Positions 28,196 to 41,106 of a stretch of 64,000 nt of DNA are shown piece after piece. The notes under the pieces were generated by a model that saw only the letters and a list, made by a program, of their open reading frames with translations, was not told the DNA's origin and made no database searches. This DNA comes from Octopus vulgaris. Its lineage: Eukaryota. Where the stretch lies: positions 29,946,001 through 30,010,000 of the forward strand of contig OX597832.1 in the NCBI GenBank assembly GCA_951406725.2, given 5' to 3'. A program made the translations under genes and the position numbers. Each line of letters begins with the position of its first letter. Within the stretch, counting starts at the first letter, position 1.

Positions 28196-29156
28196 TATAT
28201 ATATATGAGGCAGTCTGATGATAGCTTAGTTGGTTGAAACTTTGAAATTACTTTCATTCTTGTAAAAGAATAATAAATATGTATTCTTCAATAGTACAGG
28301 AGTGACCCATCAGATTAATATAAAATTGTCTTTATTATAAGTGAACATAAAGACAAACATTGATGTATGTGTGTATGTAAAAACTTTTGTTTTAATGTCT
28401 TTCTTTTTGCCACACTTGTGGGGTTGGCAGTAATACGTTGGGGCCGTTTTTCTACTGCTAGGCCCCTTTCCTGAAGCCAACCCCTGCCTGTTTCCAATGT
28501 GGTGGTGATCTCACAGTTTATCAAACGAACAAACAGCCTCAACACGTTGACACGGAGATCTGGAGACAAACAACATTGTATGAGGGAAGCTTTTGTTTAG
28601 AAATATCACAAAAGGTCAAGTCTTGGTCAAGAGGCCTGGACATGTTTCTGCAGTGGACAGCAAGCAAACAACACCATCAGCGCAGAGCCATTGTTTACAA
28701 ACCAGCAAACACACAAGAAAACGATACAATTACGAACTCACTTGCAGAAACTCTCTCCCGCTCTCACTCTTTCTCTCTCGCTCACACACACACACAGATT
28801 GCATATCTATATGCACAATATCTTCAGACACATTATGACATGTCATAACTTTCCCGATAACCTTGTGCTCCCACAGGTGAAACTCAGAGTAGCAAGAGAC
28901 TGATTTGACCATAATAGAAATATATTGTAAATCTCCACTTTGGTATTGGGGGCTCTTTTTTTACAGGACACACTAAATGGTGATCTATCAAAGAAGATCA
29001 CAAATGGGTTAATGGTTCACTACAACTGTTTTAGACGTGTTTTTTTTTCTTCAGGTGAATTAAAGATTTAAAGAATTTATTGTTGCTGAAATGGGTGAAT
29101 CAATCCACATTGCACATCTTGGTATTTTCTCTCCAAACCAAATTTTAAATTTCTGA

Positions 29157-29243
29157 TTCACCTGAAGAAAACGTTTTTTTTTTTTTCATGATATAATCAA
29201 TTATTCATCAATAAAAAAACGTGTCTGAAACAGCTGTAGTGAA
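29157..29243 (+). ncRNA. Type-I hammerhead motif with long stem II; a degenerate inverted copy lies at ~28999-29060
   Basis: UUCAC-CUGAAGA-[long stem II]-GAA-ACAGCUGU-A/GUGAA. Confidence 0.72.
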
Positions 29244-29580
29244 CATTTAACCCATTTGTGTTCTTATGTGTTGGGTTTTGAACTTACACTGGATTGTGAA
29301 ATTGTATGTCAGTGTGCATGGGTATATAATTTCATGTATGTGTATATTTGTATGTGCAGGTATATGTATATGTAAGTGTATGAATATGTCTGTATATGCA
29401 TGGGGATATATAGGTATGTTTGTATATGGTATATAAACGGACGTGTGGATCTCCACCCTCGCTTGGTGTCCTTAATATTAAAATACTTTGATGCAAATGA
29501 ATCCTACAAATAATTACACACACACACACACATCCACACCCACATTTACATATTTGGCTTTTCTATTTCCAGCTTCGAAA

Positions 29581-29632
29581 ATGTACCAAGTGTTTGTTAT
29601 CAAAGAAGGTTACCAATATTCTGAAGTTGGAG
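29581..29632 (+). CDS. MBLAC1: MBLAC1 coding exon 1 (MYQVFVIKEGYQYSEVG)
   Basis: Acceptor ttccag| at 29572, ATG at 29581, donor g|gttag. An upstream exon is implied but was not located. Confidence 0.75.
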
Positions 29633-32600
29633 GTTAGCATCATTTCCTATTTTCTTTTACGGAAGAGATTCCATTTTTACCAGATTACATCGAAGCCAAA
29701 CTATTTTGTTGACATCAAAAGCTTTTTCTGCCCAAAAAGAATGTTAATTGTTGAAAACTCTTCATTTAAACTTTATCAATTCAATGTCCATAATTTTTTC
29801 TTATGAATTTTTCCTAATGTTAATTAATGATCAGACCCTGAGATACCTGGAAATATTTACCAATATTTATTCCATTACAGAATATAATATAATATATAGC
29901 TTTCTACATAACTCCCAGTGGATTACTCTCCCTAGATTGTCGTGTCCTTTTCTTGTATTCTTTCTGTGCCACCATGTTACATTCACTTATTATGTGAGTA
30001 ACGGGTTTCCTCTTTTGATTTGCATAATCTACATTGGGAATCTAATTGGTTGTTGTCTATCTTGGCTTTTATCCAATTAGTCCTTAATGCTTGATCTTGT
30101 ACAGCTATTATTATTATTATTTTGTTGTAGCCATATCTGTTATGTATCCAACCTTTCTATGCCAAACTTAACCCCAAAATGCTTTAGATAGTTCCGCTTC
30201 AAACATTTCTTCCATCCTTATTGTTACACGTCACAGTTGGTTTGTTTCTTCTTTATTTTTGTTATTTTTTTTCTCAATGGTCCACCTTACAAACACAATG
30301 AAGAAATATGAAGAATATAGTTAAATTCACTTAGAAACATTTGAGTTGTTTTCTTGTTTAAAGACACAGACTACCATTTCTATTGTCTAGGTGAAGAAAA
30401 TGCCTCTGGGACAGTCACCTTTGTAAATGGACCCCATAAAATAATTGTTGACACCGGAAACCCATGGGATAAAGAGGATATTATTCAAGGTAAGAGATAT
30501 CAATTTTGATTCAGTTCCATGCAGACCAAAATGTAGAACTTGTTGTCATTAGCATTTAAGAATATTCCAAAATATCTTTCACATTAATTTTTTTGCATAA
30601 TTCATGCCAACTGGCAACCATTGTCCTTTGATATTTGTTAACCCTTTCATTACCAACCCAGGTGAAACCGCCTCTGGCTCTAGTACAAATGTCTTGTTTC
30701 CCTAAGTTTTGAATTAAATTCTTCTACTAAACCTTAGTCACAATTTATGTTCCTAACACTGGCTGAATGATAACTAAGTTATTTTACTAAATTCTTTGTT
30801 ATATTTAAAATAATTGAGAGAAAAACAGAGCATCTCAAAATAAATACGGTAACAAAAGGGTTAATATTATCACAGAGTTTATGACAAATAACTTTCCTGT
30901 ATTGTAGGTCTTGCCAAACATGCTGTGCTCCCTTCAGATATTGATTACGTTGTGTGTACGCACGGACACCTGGACCACGTTGGCAACCTGAACCTATTCA
31001 CCAATGCTATTTATATTGTATCTTATGACATCTGCATTCGAAACCGATATTTGATGCACGACTTTAAAGAGGTAACATCATTGATTTTTAAAAAAATAAT
31101 TATATTGGTTTCAATTGCAGTGTGGAAGGTGTTTATAAGCCATTTAAGAAACACAAAACCGTTAGATTCACTTCAACATTTAAATATAAAAGTTGAAGTG
31201 AATCGAATGGTTTTTGTGTGTTTCTCAAATGGCTTATAAACACCTTCCACGCTGCAATTGTTTTCATTCCAACACACGATCTCAGATCAGGTCACTTGCT
31301 ATGCAAGTGCATCTCCGTAATATATTGGTTTCGTTGTTGTTTATAAAACGAAACACTGCAGCTGTGTGGTTAAGAAGTTTGCTTCCCAACCACATGGTTC
31401 TGAGTTCAGTCCCACCTTGGGAAAAGTTTCTTTTAGTAGATCCCTAGGCCAAACAAGGCTTTGCGAGTGGATTTGATGGGTGGAAACTGATAGAAGCCTG
31501 TCATGTGTGTGTTGGTGCCTCTTTGTTTTGACACCAGGCGATGGCTGTCACTGTCATCATCATCATCATCATCATCATTTAATGTCTGTTGTCCATGCTG
31601 GCATGGCTTAGGTAGTTTGTCTGGAACAGGTAAGCCAGAGAGCTGCACCAGGTTCCAGTCTCTGATTTGGCAGAGTTTCTACAGCTGGATGCCCTTCCGT
31701 GTGTGTGTGTTTATATATTAATGTTTGTTTTTATATTCAGTTATAATAAAAATAATTTTACTTTAATCTGATGAGTTACTCTGTACTTTTTTAGAGTACA
31801 AATTTGTCATGCTTTGACAAGAATGTTGTTGACAGTGATTTGGAAGTTCCGGTGAGTTAAGCCATCATTGAACTGCATTTTAATTCCAGTCTGATAATGG
31901 CTTACTCACTGGAAACTTGAAGCCACACTTACACAACATTCTTGTGTAAGAATATATGTGTGTGTGTGTGTGTGTGCTGGTGTGGAACTTATTTTATCTC
32001 TCAAGCAAATTGGAGCAAGTAGAGTGATATGCCTCCCCATCAGCATCATCATCATCATCGTTTAATGTCTATTTTCCATGCTAGCATGGGTTGGACAATT
32101 TTGACTGAGGTCTGGCAAACCAGATGGCTGCACCAGGCTCCAATCTGATCTGGCAGAGTTTCTACAGCTGGATGCCCTTCCTTATGCCAACCACTCCAAG
32201 AGTGTAGTGGGTGCTTTTACATGCGACCGCCACGGGGCCCAGTTTGGTGGTACGCCCTATAAAACTGTAAAGTCTGATTTCCTTAACACTTTTGACCATT
32301 CACACACCTGTATTGATTGTTTTTTGTTTTGTTTTGTTTCGTTAGGGCATTCCTTATGAAATCGATGATTATGTTGAAGTAATTGCCACTCCTGGTCACA
32401 CAGGGGAAGACGTATCGGTCATTGTCAAAAGCACACCTCATGGTGTTGTAGCCATCACAGGTGAGTATACCTTTCCTCTATTCCAACAGCAGTAGTTGTA
32501 AGCGTCACATGGATCAGCCCATGTAGCAGTAATGTTTACCGAAAGAACCTCTAGCTGTCAATGTCGGTGAAAGGCATATATATATATATATATTTATGGT

Positions 32601-34101
32601 CTTGTGAACCAAATGATACTGCCATTATTTTGGCCTGAAAGAGCACCACCTGGTGACAAATAATTGCTTAAAAAGGTCCACAGTATAAATGCCACCAGTC
32701 AGCTGTGAGCGAGACCCAGGATATTGACATCTGAATTTGCCATATCTTCATGAACCTTCATTGCTGTCAACATGCATTGTCTGTAGACATGTTTGTTGAT
32801 CTTATTTTTTTTTTTTAATAATTTACTCAAAACAGGTTTATTTTGTTCCTCATTCAGAGACTTCAAGTAAATTGTGAGAATTTAAATCGAAACAAAAACG
32901 ATATGTTACTGATTCAGACTTATTTTAGTCATCAGTAGTCATTTTTTAACCAACAGGTTTATTCTTCCCATTTCATATGCTTCATAAAAACTTTTATTCC
33001 CACACTATTTGTACAGCTTTCTTACATCCAGACTTTCACACTACCCACCTAACAACTATGCACACCCCCATCACTTCCACTAACTAATGCTACCCTACTT
33101 CCACTTGCACACACAAGCACACACACAAGCACTGCACCTTACGCTCACCTCCAGTTACACAGACTCACCACTTCTTCTTCCCTTCTTAACTTACCCAATG
33201 AACAGCAAGTATTTATTTATTGAAATCACATGTTATCCCTAATTTAGTTAACAAGGTTTACATCAATGTCCTCATTTAAATATATCTATATATGGTTAAG
33301 GTGTTACATTCACAATCTCTAGATTGTGATTTCAATCCCTAGACCGGGTGGTGTGTTGTGTTATTGAGAAAAAAAAAATTCATCTTGCATTGCTCTGCAA
33401 TCACTTTGACACCTGACCTGTGGCACAGGTACACTGTGCACCTGATCAGACAATGTCAATTTGACAGAGAGTGTGAGCTAATGTGTGGCATGAACATTTG
33501 ATCACAATAAACAAATCATCTGTACATTCGATGAGAGAGTTCATCGTGAATATATGTGTATATATATATATATATCATCATCATCATCGTTTAACGTCCG
33601 AAGATTGTGGTTTCGATTCCTGGACTAGGCAACGCATTGTGTTCTTGAGCAAAACACTTCATTTCACGTTGCACCAGTCCACTCAGCTGGCAAAAATGAG
33701 TTGCGCTGTGATGGACTGGCGTCCCGTCCAGCTGGGGAACACATACGCCATAGAAACCGGGAAACCGGGCCCATGAGCCTGGGTAGGCTTTAAAAAGGGT
33801 GCATTTATTTTTTTTTTGTTATTGGGCAACCATGTCAAGTTTTGAGTGGGAGGAATTTAAAGGAAACTTTAATTAATGAATCTTCTATTTCTGTTTAATT
33901 GTAGGTGATCTGTTTGAATGTCAGGAAGATCTTGAAAAACCCCATTTGTGGCAACAGTCGAGTCAAAAGCCAGAGTCCCAAGAACAGTACAGAGCTGATA
34001 TTTTAAAAATAGCCGACCACATCATTCCTGGTCATGGTCCCATGTTCCAAGTACCAGAGTCTTGCAAGAAGCAAATACAGATGGTATTACTCAATGACTA
34101 A
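29581..34101 (+). CDS. MBLAC1: Metallo-beta-lactamase domain-containing protein 1-like: join 29581-29632, 30391-30489, 30908-31071, 32346-32460, 33905-34101 (627 nt, 208 aa)
   Basis: Consistent GT-AG phases. Motifs VDTG, THGHLDHVGNLNLF (HxHxDH), TPGHT..DVSV, GDLFE and IIPGHG. AATAAA at 34158. Confidence 0.9.
30391..30489 (+). CDS. MBLAC1: MBLAC1 coding exon 2 (ASGTVTFVNGPHKIIVDTGNPWD)
   Basis: tctag| ... g|gtaag, phases 1->1. Confidence 0.9.
30642..30860. mobile_element. piggyBac-type MITE, same family as 192-408
   Basis: TTAA|CCCTTT...AAAGGG|TTAA. Confidence 0.85.
30908..31071 (+). CDS. MBLAC1: MBLAC1 coding exon 3 (HxHxDH metal-binding motif)
   Basis: tgtag| ... gag|gtaac. VVCTHGHLDHVGNLNLF. 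Confidence 0.93.
31112..31260. repeat. Inverted repeat (~66-bp arms)
   Basis: caattgcagtgtggaagg...cacttcaac / gttgaagtg...ccttccacgctgcaattg. Confidence 0.92.
32346..32460 (+). CDS. MBLAC1: MBLAC1 coding exon 4 (GIPYEIDDYVEVIATPGHTGEDVSVIV...)
   Basis: gttag| ... g|gtgagt, phases 0->1. Confidence 0.92.
33905..34101 (+). CDS. MBLAC1: MBLAC1 last exon (GDLFECQEDL...ADHIIPGHGPMF...ND*)
   Basis: tgtag| acceptor, TAA at 34099-34101. Confidence 0.92.
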
Positions 34102-36374
34102 TTTCTCTCACATTTCCAAAATATCCCAAATTTATTTGTTAAGATCTTTATTTGATCAATAAAATCTATTACACATGCTTGAGGTCACCAGTTTATTTCA
34201 TTGACGAGGCAGCAGAGTTACCAATATCTCTAAATGTGTTTCGGTAAATAAATAATAAGTGACTAATTGTAAGAAGATAAACAGAGATTAAAGATGTTGA
34301 TAAATGTTTAAAGATTCACAGAAGACGAAACAGAGTCTGCATGGGTTAACGATTTTGAAAATGGAAAATGATTGTAAGTTTAAAAATCAATAAAGGAATA
34401 TTGAATAATGAAAATATATTCAAAACTCTTTAATCAATGTTCAGAATTAGTGAGTCTTTCTTTGCTGTTTTGATAAGCGCAGTGAAGGATATGCTTTGGT
34501 GATGAGGCAAGAATAAGGCTGAAACATCATCATCATCATTGTCGTTTAACGTCCGCTTTCCATGCTAGCATGGGTTGGACGAATGACTGAAGGCTGGTGA
34601 ACCAGATGGCTGCACCAGACTCCAATCTTGATCTGGCAGAGTTTCTACAGCTGGATGCCCTTCCCAATGCCAACCACTCTGAGAGTGTAGTGGGTGCTTT
34701 TATGTGCCACCGGCACAGGGCCAGTCTGGCGATACTGGCAACGACCTCACTCAAATCTTTTTACACATGCCACTGGCACAGTTGCCAGTAAGGCGATGCT
34801 GGTAACGATCACACTGGAATGGGGTCTTTTACGTGCCACTGGCAGGGAAGCCAGTTGGCTGCTCTGGCAACGATCACGCTCGGATGGTGCTCTTAATACC
34901 CTACTAGCACGGGGCTCGAGTGCCAAACATACTTGGAAAATCAGAAAATTTAGTCGGTGTAGGTGTGTGGTGAGAATGTTTAGTGTGTAATCACATGGTT
35001 CTAGGTTTGATCTCCCTCCACTGCTCGTTGAGCCAAGTAACTTTTATTTTAGAGTTAAGCTGACCAGTTCTGTGTGTACCTGGCCTTTGTGGGAGTGAGG
35101 GTTAGTTGGATTGTGACAACCTGTCAAACCCATTCCAGTGTGGAAAGTGGATGTAATGTGATGAGAATGGTTAACCAATGCCTTTTTTGGTAAAAAGAAA
35201 CTGAGCATGAGTGTGTGTGTGTGTGTGTGTGTGGCCAGGACATTTTCTTCCATTCCACTTCTCAGACGTGAGACTCTTAAAAGAGTTATAAACCAAACTT
35301 AGTAATGCTGATACTTTGGCAGAAAAAACCCAAAACACCCAGGGTACAGGAAACCCTTCCTGAAGCCAACCACTTTTGTGGTTGGTTTCATTTGACCTGC
35401 TGGTTCCTGACAGACTGTCCATCCATGCCGGCATAGCAGGAAAAAAGAACAAGGATGATAGTGTGTGTGTGTGTGCAAGTTAGAATGAGACCTGTATTAA
35501 GTTAAAAGCTTAACTAACCAAGAAATTTATTTGATAAAGTCTATACTGGGTTGCTCTGAATAAAAACCCTGAAAGTAGTGCTCCAGCTCGGCCACTGTCA
35601 AATGACTGAAGCTAGGAAAAAAATAATTGGTGTGTATGTATACATATATATATACTTATATTTCGACCTGGATGTGTCTGGGGAGAGTCATTTTCTTTTT
35701 GTGCCTTATAATGTAACACACTCACCAGTAAAATTTCCACTTATTTCTTATTTTTATTTTCCTAAAATTTTCGCTGCGTCTTGCAACCTTTTCAATAGTC
35801 TTGACTCAACAGAATATGCTTCAACACACGAACTCACATAAAGAATCTTGCAGACCAAATCCAAAAACGAAATATCGACCTGGACTCATCTCCCTACTTT
35901 TATATATATATATATCTTGTCCATATTGATGGCACTCAATATTTTTACGTTAGTAGATTACAATAATAATTATATATTATAGAACTAAATTCTCTTCCAT
36001 GCCTCCTGATATCTTTTGTTCCTAAGTCCACCTTATGATTCCTTGAAACGAAGAATTCTCCAAATAGTTTAAAGGATTTGTTAGTAAAAAAAAAAAAGAG
36101 AAAAAAGCTGGGTTGTCTCCCTTAGAAGAAAGCTTCGTCAGTTCTTTGCGTCGACACAAAAACCTCGCAGCATCTCACCTAATCCAGGTCTGTCTGTGAT
36201 TAACTTTGCTGAAACACCCCCACGCTCCCCAAATACACACTTTCATTACTTGGTCCATCAGTTTAATAATGTCTTTTATTCTATTGTGTCTGGGGAGAGT
36301 CATTTGTCTTTGTGTGTCTTATAATGTAACACACTCACCGGTGAAATTTCCACTTATTTCTTATTTTTATTTTC

Positions 36375-36411
36375 CTAAAATTTTCGTTGCGTCTTGCAAC
36401 CTTTTCAATAG
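36375..36411 (-). ncRNA. Hammerhead-like motif with U3-A8 core; second copy at 35762-35798
   Basis: CUA-UUGAAAA-G-GUUGC(aagac)GCAAC-GAA-AAUU-U/UAG. Confidence 0.5.
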
Positions 36412-37037
36412 TCTTGACTCTTGCAAACCAAATCCCAAAACAAAATATCTTTGTAGTTAATTCTTTCCAAAACATTTGCTTTGCTCAAGTTGACTTTCAC
36501 AAGGATGCTGCTCTGGCTGACTTTGGAGGTAACATCTCCCATTGCAGCAGTTTGACGGCTTTCAATCTGATGGTGTGACCACCCTAGAAGCCGCTGGGAC
36601 ACGGAGACACAAAATTTGAACATTTGCAGAGAGAAAAAAAAAACTGACTGCAAATAGAAAGACAGAAAAGAAAACAGGGATCATCATCATCCTCATCATC
36701 GTTTAACGTCCGTTTTCCATGCTATCATGAGTTGGACGGTTCGATTGGGGTCTGGGAAGCCAGGAGGCTGCACCAGGCCCCTGACAGTGTTTTTCACAGC
36801 TGGTTGCCCTTCCTAACGTCAACCACTCCAAGAGTGTAGTGGAAGCTTTTTACGTGCCACCGGCACAAGGGGCCAGAGGAGCTAGCATCAACCATGATCG
36901 GATGGTGCTTTTTATGTGCCATCAGCATGGAAGCCAGTCAAGGCGGCACTGGCATCGGCCACGTTCGGATGGTGCTTTTTACGGGGCTCACAACTACAAT
37001 TTCCATTTGATTTGATTTTGATATTGCTAATATTTCG

Positions 37038-37171
37038 TTTTATTGTGTCTGGGGAGAGTCATTCTCTTTTGATGCCTTATTATTTAACACACTCACAGGT
37101 TCGAATGAACTGGTGAGTGTTTTAAATAATAAGGCACTAAAAGAGGAAGACTCTTCCCAGACACAATAAAA
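37038..37171. repeat. Inverted repeat built from the 35.7/36.3-kb repeat family
   Basis: ttttattgtgtctgggga...cactcac / gtgagtg...tcccagacacaataaaa. Confidence 0.85.
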
Positions 37172-37947
37172 TATGCTTCAACACACAAATTCACATAAAG
37201 AATCTTGAAAACCAAATACAAGAGTGAAAGGAATATTTAGTGTTTTGCTGAAAATCAAAAAAGGATGGAAAAAGACAAGATTCTGCAGGACAGGAAACGA
37301 TAGAATGAGGAACATAAATTTGGATATTTTGAAGTTTAGAGAATACCAGAAAACGTAGGAGAATAGAACCACAAGAAGGTGTCCGAATGAATGGTCAAAG
37401 AAAGAAAGACATTGAAGGAGAACAAGAACTACAGAGAGAGAGGGAATGTAACCCTGGACACTCTGAAGGCGTTGGCATTAGGAAGGGCATCCAGCTGTAG
37501 AAAACAAACTGAAATCTGGTGTGGCCCTCCTGTTTGCCAGCTTTGGTCAAAACGTCCACTCCATGCCATGGAGCCAATATAATACAAGTTGTGCCCTGGG
37601 GTTAAGGGAATCGACTTAGCCTCTCACCAAAGTTGCTGGTTTTGTTCCAAAATTTCAAACCAATTTTTTCTATTTCTTTGATGTTTTTGTTGTCTAAGTT
37701 TCAGCAATGGAGTTTTGTTTGTTAGAGAGAAGTGTCAACTGGGTTTCTTACTGAAATAAACACAAAGGTTGTATGCGTTAGTGTTACTCTGAGTGTGTGA
37801 GTGAGTACATGTGTGTTGGTGCGTGTTATTTGTATGTTATCTGTATTTTGACAATTTTTCATGCTGGATTATATGAATACATACACACACACACACACAC
37901 ATATATGAGAGAGAGAGAAAGAAACAGAGAGAGATGCATACATGCAT

Positions 37948-38013
<66 letters not shown>

Positions 38014-38654
38014 ATGTATATGTTTATATGTATGTGTGTCTAAATACATATGTGTACGTGTGTGTCTAAATACATACATAAATGCGTACTGTGTGCGTAT
38101 CTTTGCATGTTTTTTTACCAATATTCTGCTCTAATCTGTTTGATAGCCATTTATAATTATGCTGAGATAATTCATAGATAATCTTCTTAGAGATTAATGT
38201 AGCAATAAATATTAGGACTTCCCTGGCTAAAATACCAGTTTGTTAAATATATGGATTAGCCTAAAGCTTACAGCTGGTAACCCCCGCATCCTACAACCAC
38301 TACCACCAACACGAACACCACCATCACCACCACCACCAACAACAACAATAACCAGAAGAAGGCTTCTAGCTGCTAGAAATAGTAGCTAACTCTCTTACAT
38401 ATCACTTTCTACTGTCTTGAATGAGGAGAAAGCTTTATCAACTATTTCCTTGATCCTTCTGTAGAATAGAGGTCTGTTAGGTTAATTCTTACCTGAGGCT
38501 AAACAGCAACAGGTGTAATTATTGCTGTACATTAAAATTGTCTTCCAACTGAAATACTAATATCTCTACAGTTGAGCATGAACACCACAGAATCTCACCA
38601 TGTTATTTATTATAAATGCTAGGGATTGTGTGTGTGTGTGTGGTGATAGTAATG

Positions 38655-38935
38655 ATTGTTCCTTCTCAAGCCATGCCTGGCTTGTAAGGGCCGGTTTCCT
38701 TGGCATATAGGTTCCCCACCTGGATGGGATGCCGGTCCGTCGCAGGTGAGCTGCAAGATGCAGGAGGAAAGAGTGAGAAAGTTTTGGCGAAAGAGTCAGC
38801 AGAAGTTTACCATTACCTTCTGCTGGAGCCGTGTGGAGCTTAGATGTTTCGCTCTTAAACATACATATCACCCAGTCTGTGATTCGACCCCGCGAGTCCA
38901 CTGCTCTAACCACTAGGCCATGTGCTTCGACTGGC
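38655..38935 (-). mobile_element. tRNA-derived SINE
   Basis: Minus-strand TGGCCTAGTGGTTAGAGC A box and TCGAATC B-box-like motif. Related fragment at ~2193-2370. Confidence 0.65.
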
Positions 38936-39583
38936 GATAGTAATATTTTGTGTTAATCTCCTATTTCTCAGAACGAACGTTGACACAGCTAATGCCTGAG
39001 AGACAAAAATTTCCTAATTATTAGGATTAGCTCTAATAACGGTGATGAACCGGAAGAATCACAAGAACACCAGACACTGTGGCTGGTTCTGTTTACCTCC
39101 AGCTCTCTACGTTCTGAGTTCAAATCATACCTGAGCCTTCTTATCCTATATTTTGGAGGTGTCAATAAAAAGAAAGTACCAGTTATGTATTGAGGTCAGA
39201 TTTCAGGCTTTGTGTTCATTTTTTTTTAAACAATTATTATGGTGGTTTTACCTTTCATTTTTTTGAGGTCAATGAATTAAGTACAAGTTCAATATTGGGG
39301 TCAAACTTAATTGACTGGCTCCCTCTCCCAAAATTGTGCCTATAATAGAAAGGATTATTATTATTATTATTACTTGGTATAATGCTGTTGTTCCCATCAT
39401 GATAAGAAAGGTATAAAGAGGTTTTAATCCCAAATTTGATCTACTTTTAAATATATGTGGTATTACTTATCTTTTTATCCAGGTGTAGTGTGTGGTAGTA
39501 TCTGAATGACCCCCACCATAGACTGAATGAAGGAGTTGATTTTATATGGAAGGGTTTTATTATTACCGTGAAAGAAGGAATAC

Positions 39584-39817
39584 CTATTTCTTTACTACCC
39601 ACAAGGGGCTAAACACAGAGGGGACAAACAAGGACAGACAAAGGGATTAAGTCGTTTATATCGACCCCAGTGCGTAACTGGTACTTAATTTATCGACCCC
39701 CGAAAGGATGAAAGGCAAAGTCGACCTCGGCGGAATTTGAACCCAGAACGTAACGGCAGACGAAATACCGCTACGCATTTCGCCCGGCGTGCTAACGTTT
39801 CTGCCAGCTCGCCGCCC
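39584..39817 (-). mobile_element. Young full-length tRNA-derived SINE
   Basis: 15-bp TSD TGAAAGAAGGAATAC. Other copies at ~3893-3990, 4695-4845, 18655-18895, 51829-51995 and 57130-57357. Confidence 0.92.
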
Positions 39818-41106
39818 TGAAAGAAGGAATACTGCCATCATTATTGTTAAAACATTCATCGTCATCGTCATCACCATCATCACCAACAGCAGCAGCAACT
39901 CCAAAACGAAACTGGTCCTTCTTCGTCTCAACTTATAACCGCCACAACAAAACTGTCAACAGGTCGCTCTTTGGGTTGATGTAGAAATGAAACTACTTTT
40001 ATACCTGCCGCCACCACCACAATTTGTAGGTGTTTTATTGTGTATCTAAGACACTAGACTTTCTTTTAAATCTCCCTGGTTTAATGAAAAGATGATGTAA
40101 TGATGTCCTTGGAGGGAGAGATGACACGCAGGTAGATGATGTAATGCTGTCCTTGGACGGAGGTGAACGTTCTGGCCAGGGAGATAAGAATTACCATTTC
40201 ACATCGTAGCATCACAGCGTTACCCGATACAGTTCCCCTGCTAACAGGTGCAAAACTTATTTAACTTTTTAGAAGAGTGATGTTGTGATAGTCATTCAGA
40301 ACCGGGAATCAAAAGCCTGGTCGTAGTATGTCTTTGCTAACTGAAGTCTGAGTAGCTAAAGGATAAAAGGGGACAGGTTGATATTGAACTGAAATCCCCG
40401 GGGACCGAGACCAGTATAGTAGTTGTGGCTTGTAGAGCAGAATTCATGAATTAAATTTCACAAATCACAAACAAATATTTAATAAAGCACGTTCTTATTT
40501 ATTTATCTATTTATTTATTCCTTAATCCGCTTAACGAAGGTTAATGCATGACGGGATTATTTGAGTGTTGTGAGTAAGGCTGAGACACAGCATAAACAGA
40601 AAATGGGGAAAACATAACCTGTCAAAAATAACTCGCATTTTAAGCTAACTCGGCAAATCCAGAATATCTCATGACTGGACATTACACCTGTAATCTCTCG
40701 CTTTTTGGAATATTTCAAACATTTATATAAATTTGTTTTACGTAACAAATTCAGTCATAAATGACACCAGTTGTTGGTTGAGAGACTTTTCAAACAAACT
40801 TTCTTTACTTTAGAAAAATTGCTAAACATTTCGTTTATGAAACAAAAGATATTTATTCCAAATCAAATCGTTTACAGTGCTTGTGGAGGATAAAGTATAT
40901 TTTACCGACGTGGAATATTTAAATCCAGATTTTTAACACATAAAGTAAAAAAATATCTGAAATATTTAAGACAAACATTTTCGCCATGAAACCATTTCCT
41001 AAAAAGATGTTTGTTTGTTTGTTTTAAGTCCTGTTAAAACCAACCGAAATATATTTCACTGACTTATTTCTTTGATGATGCTTGCAATGGATACATTTTT
41101 CAAAGA

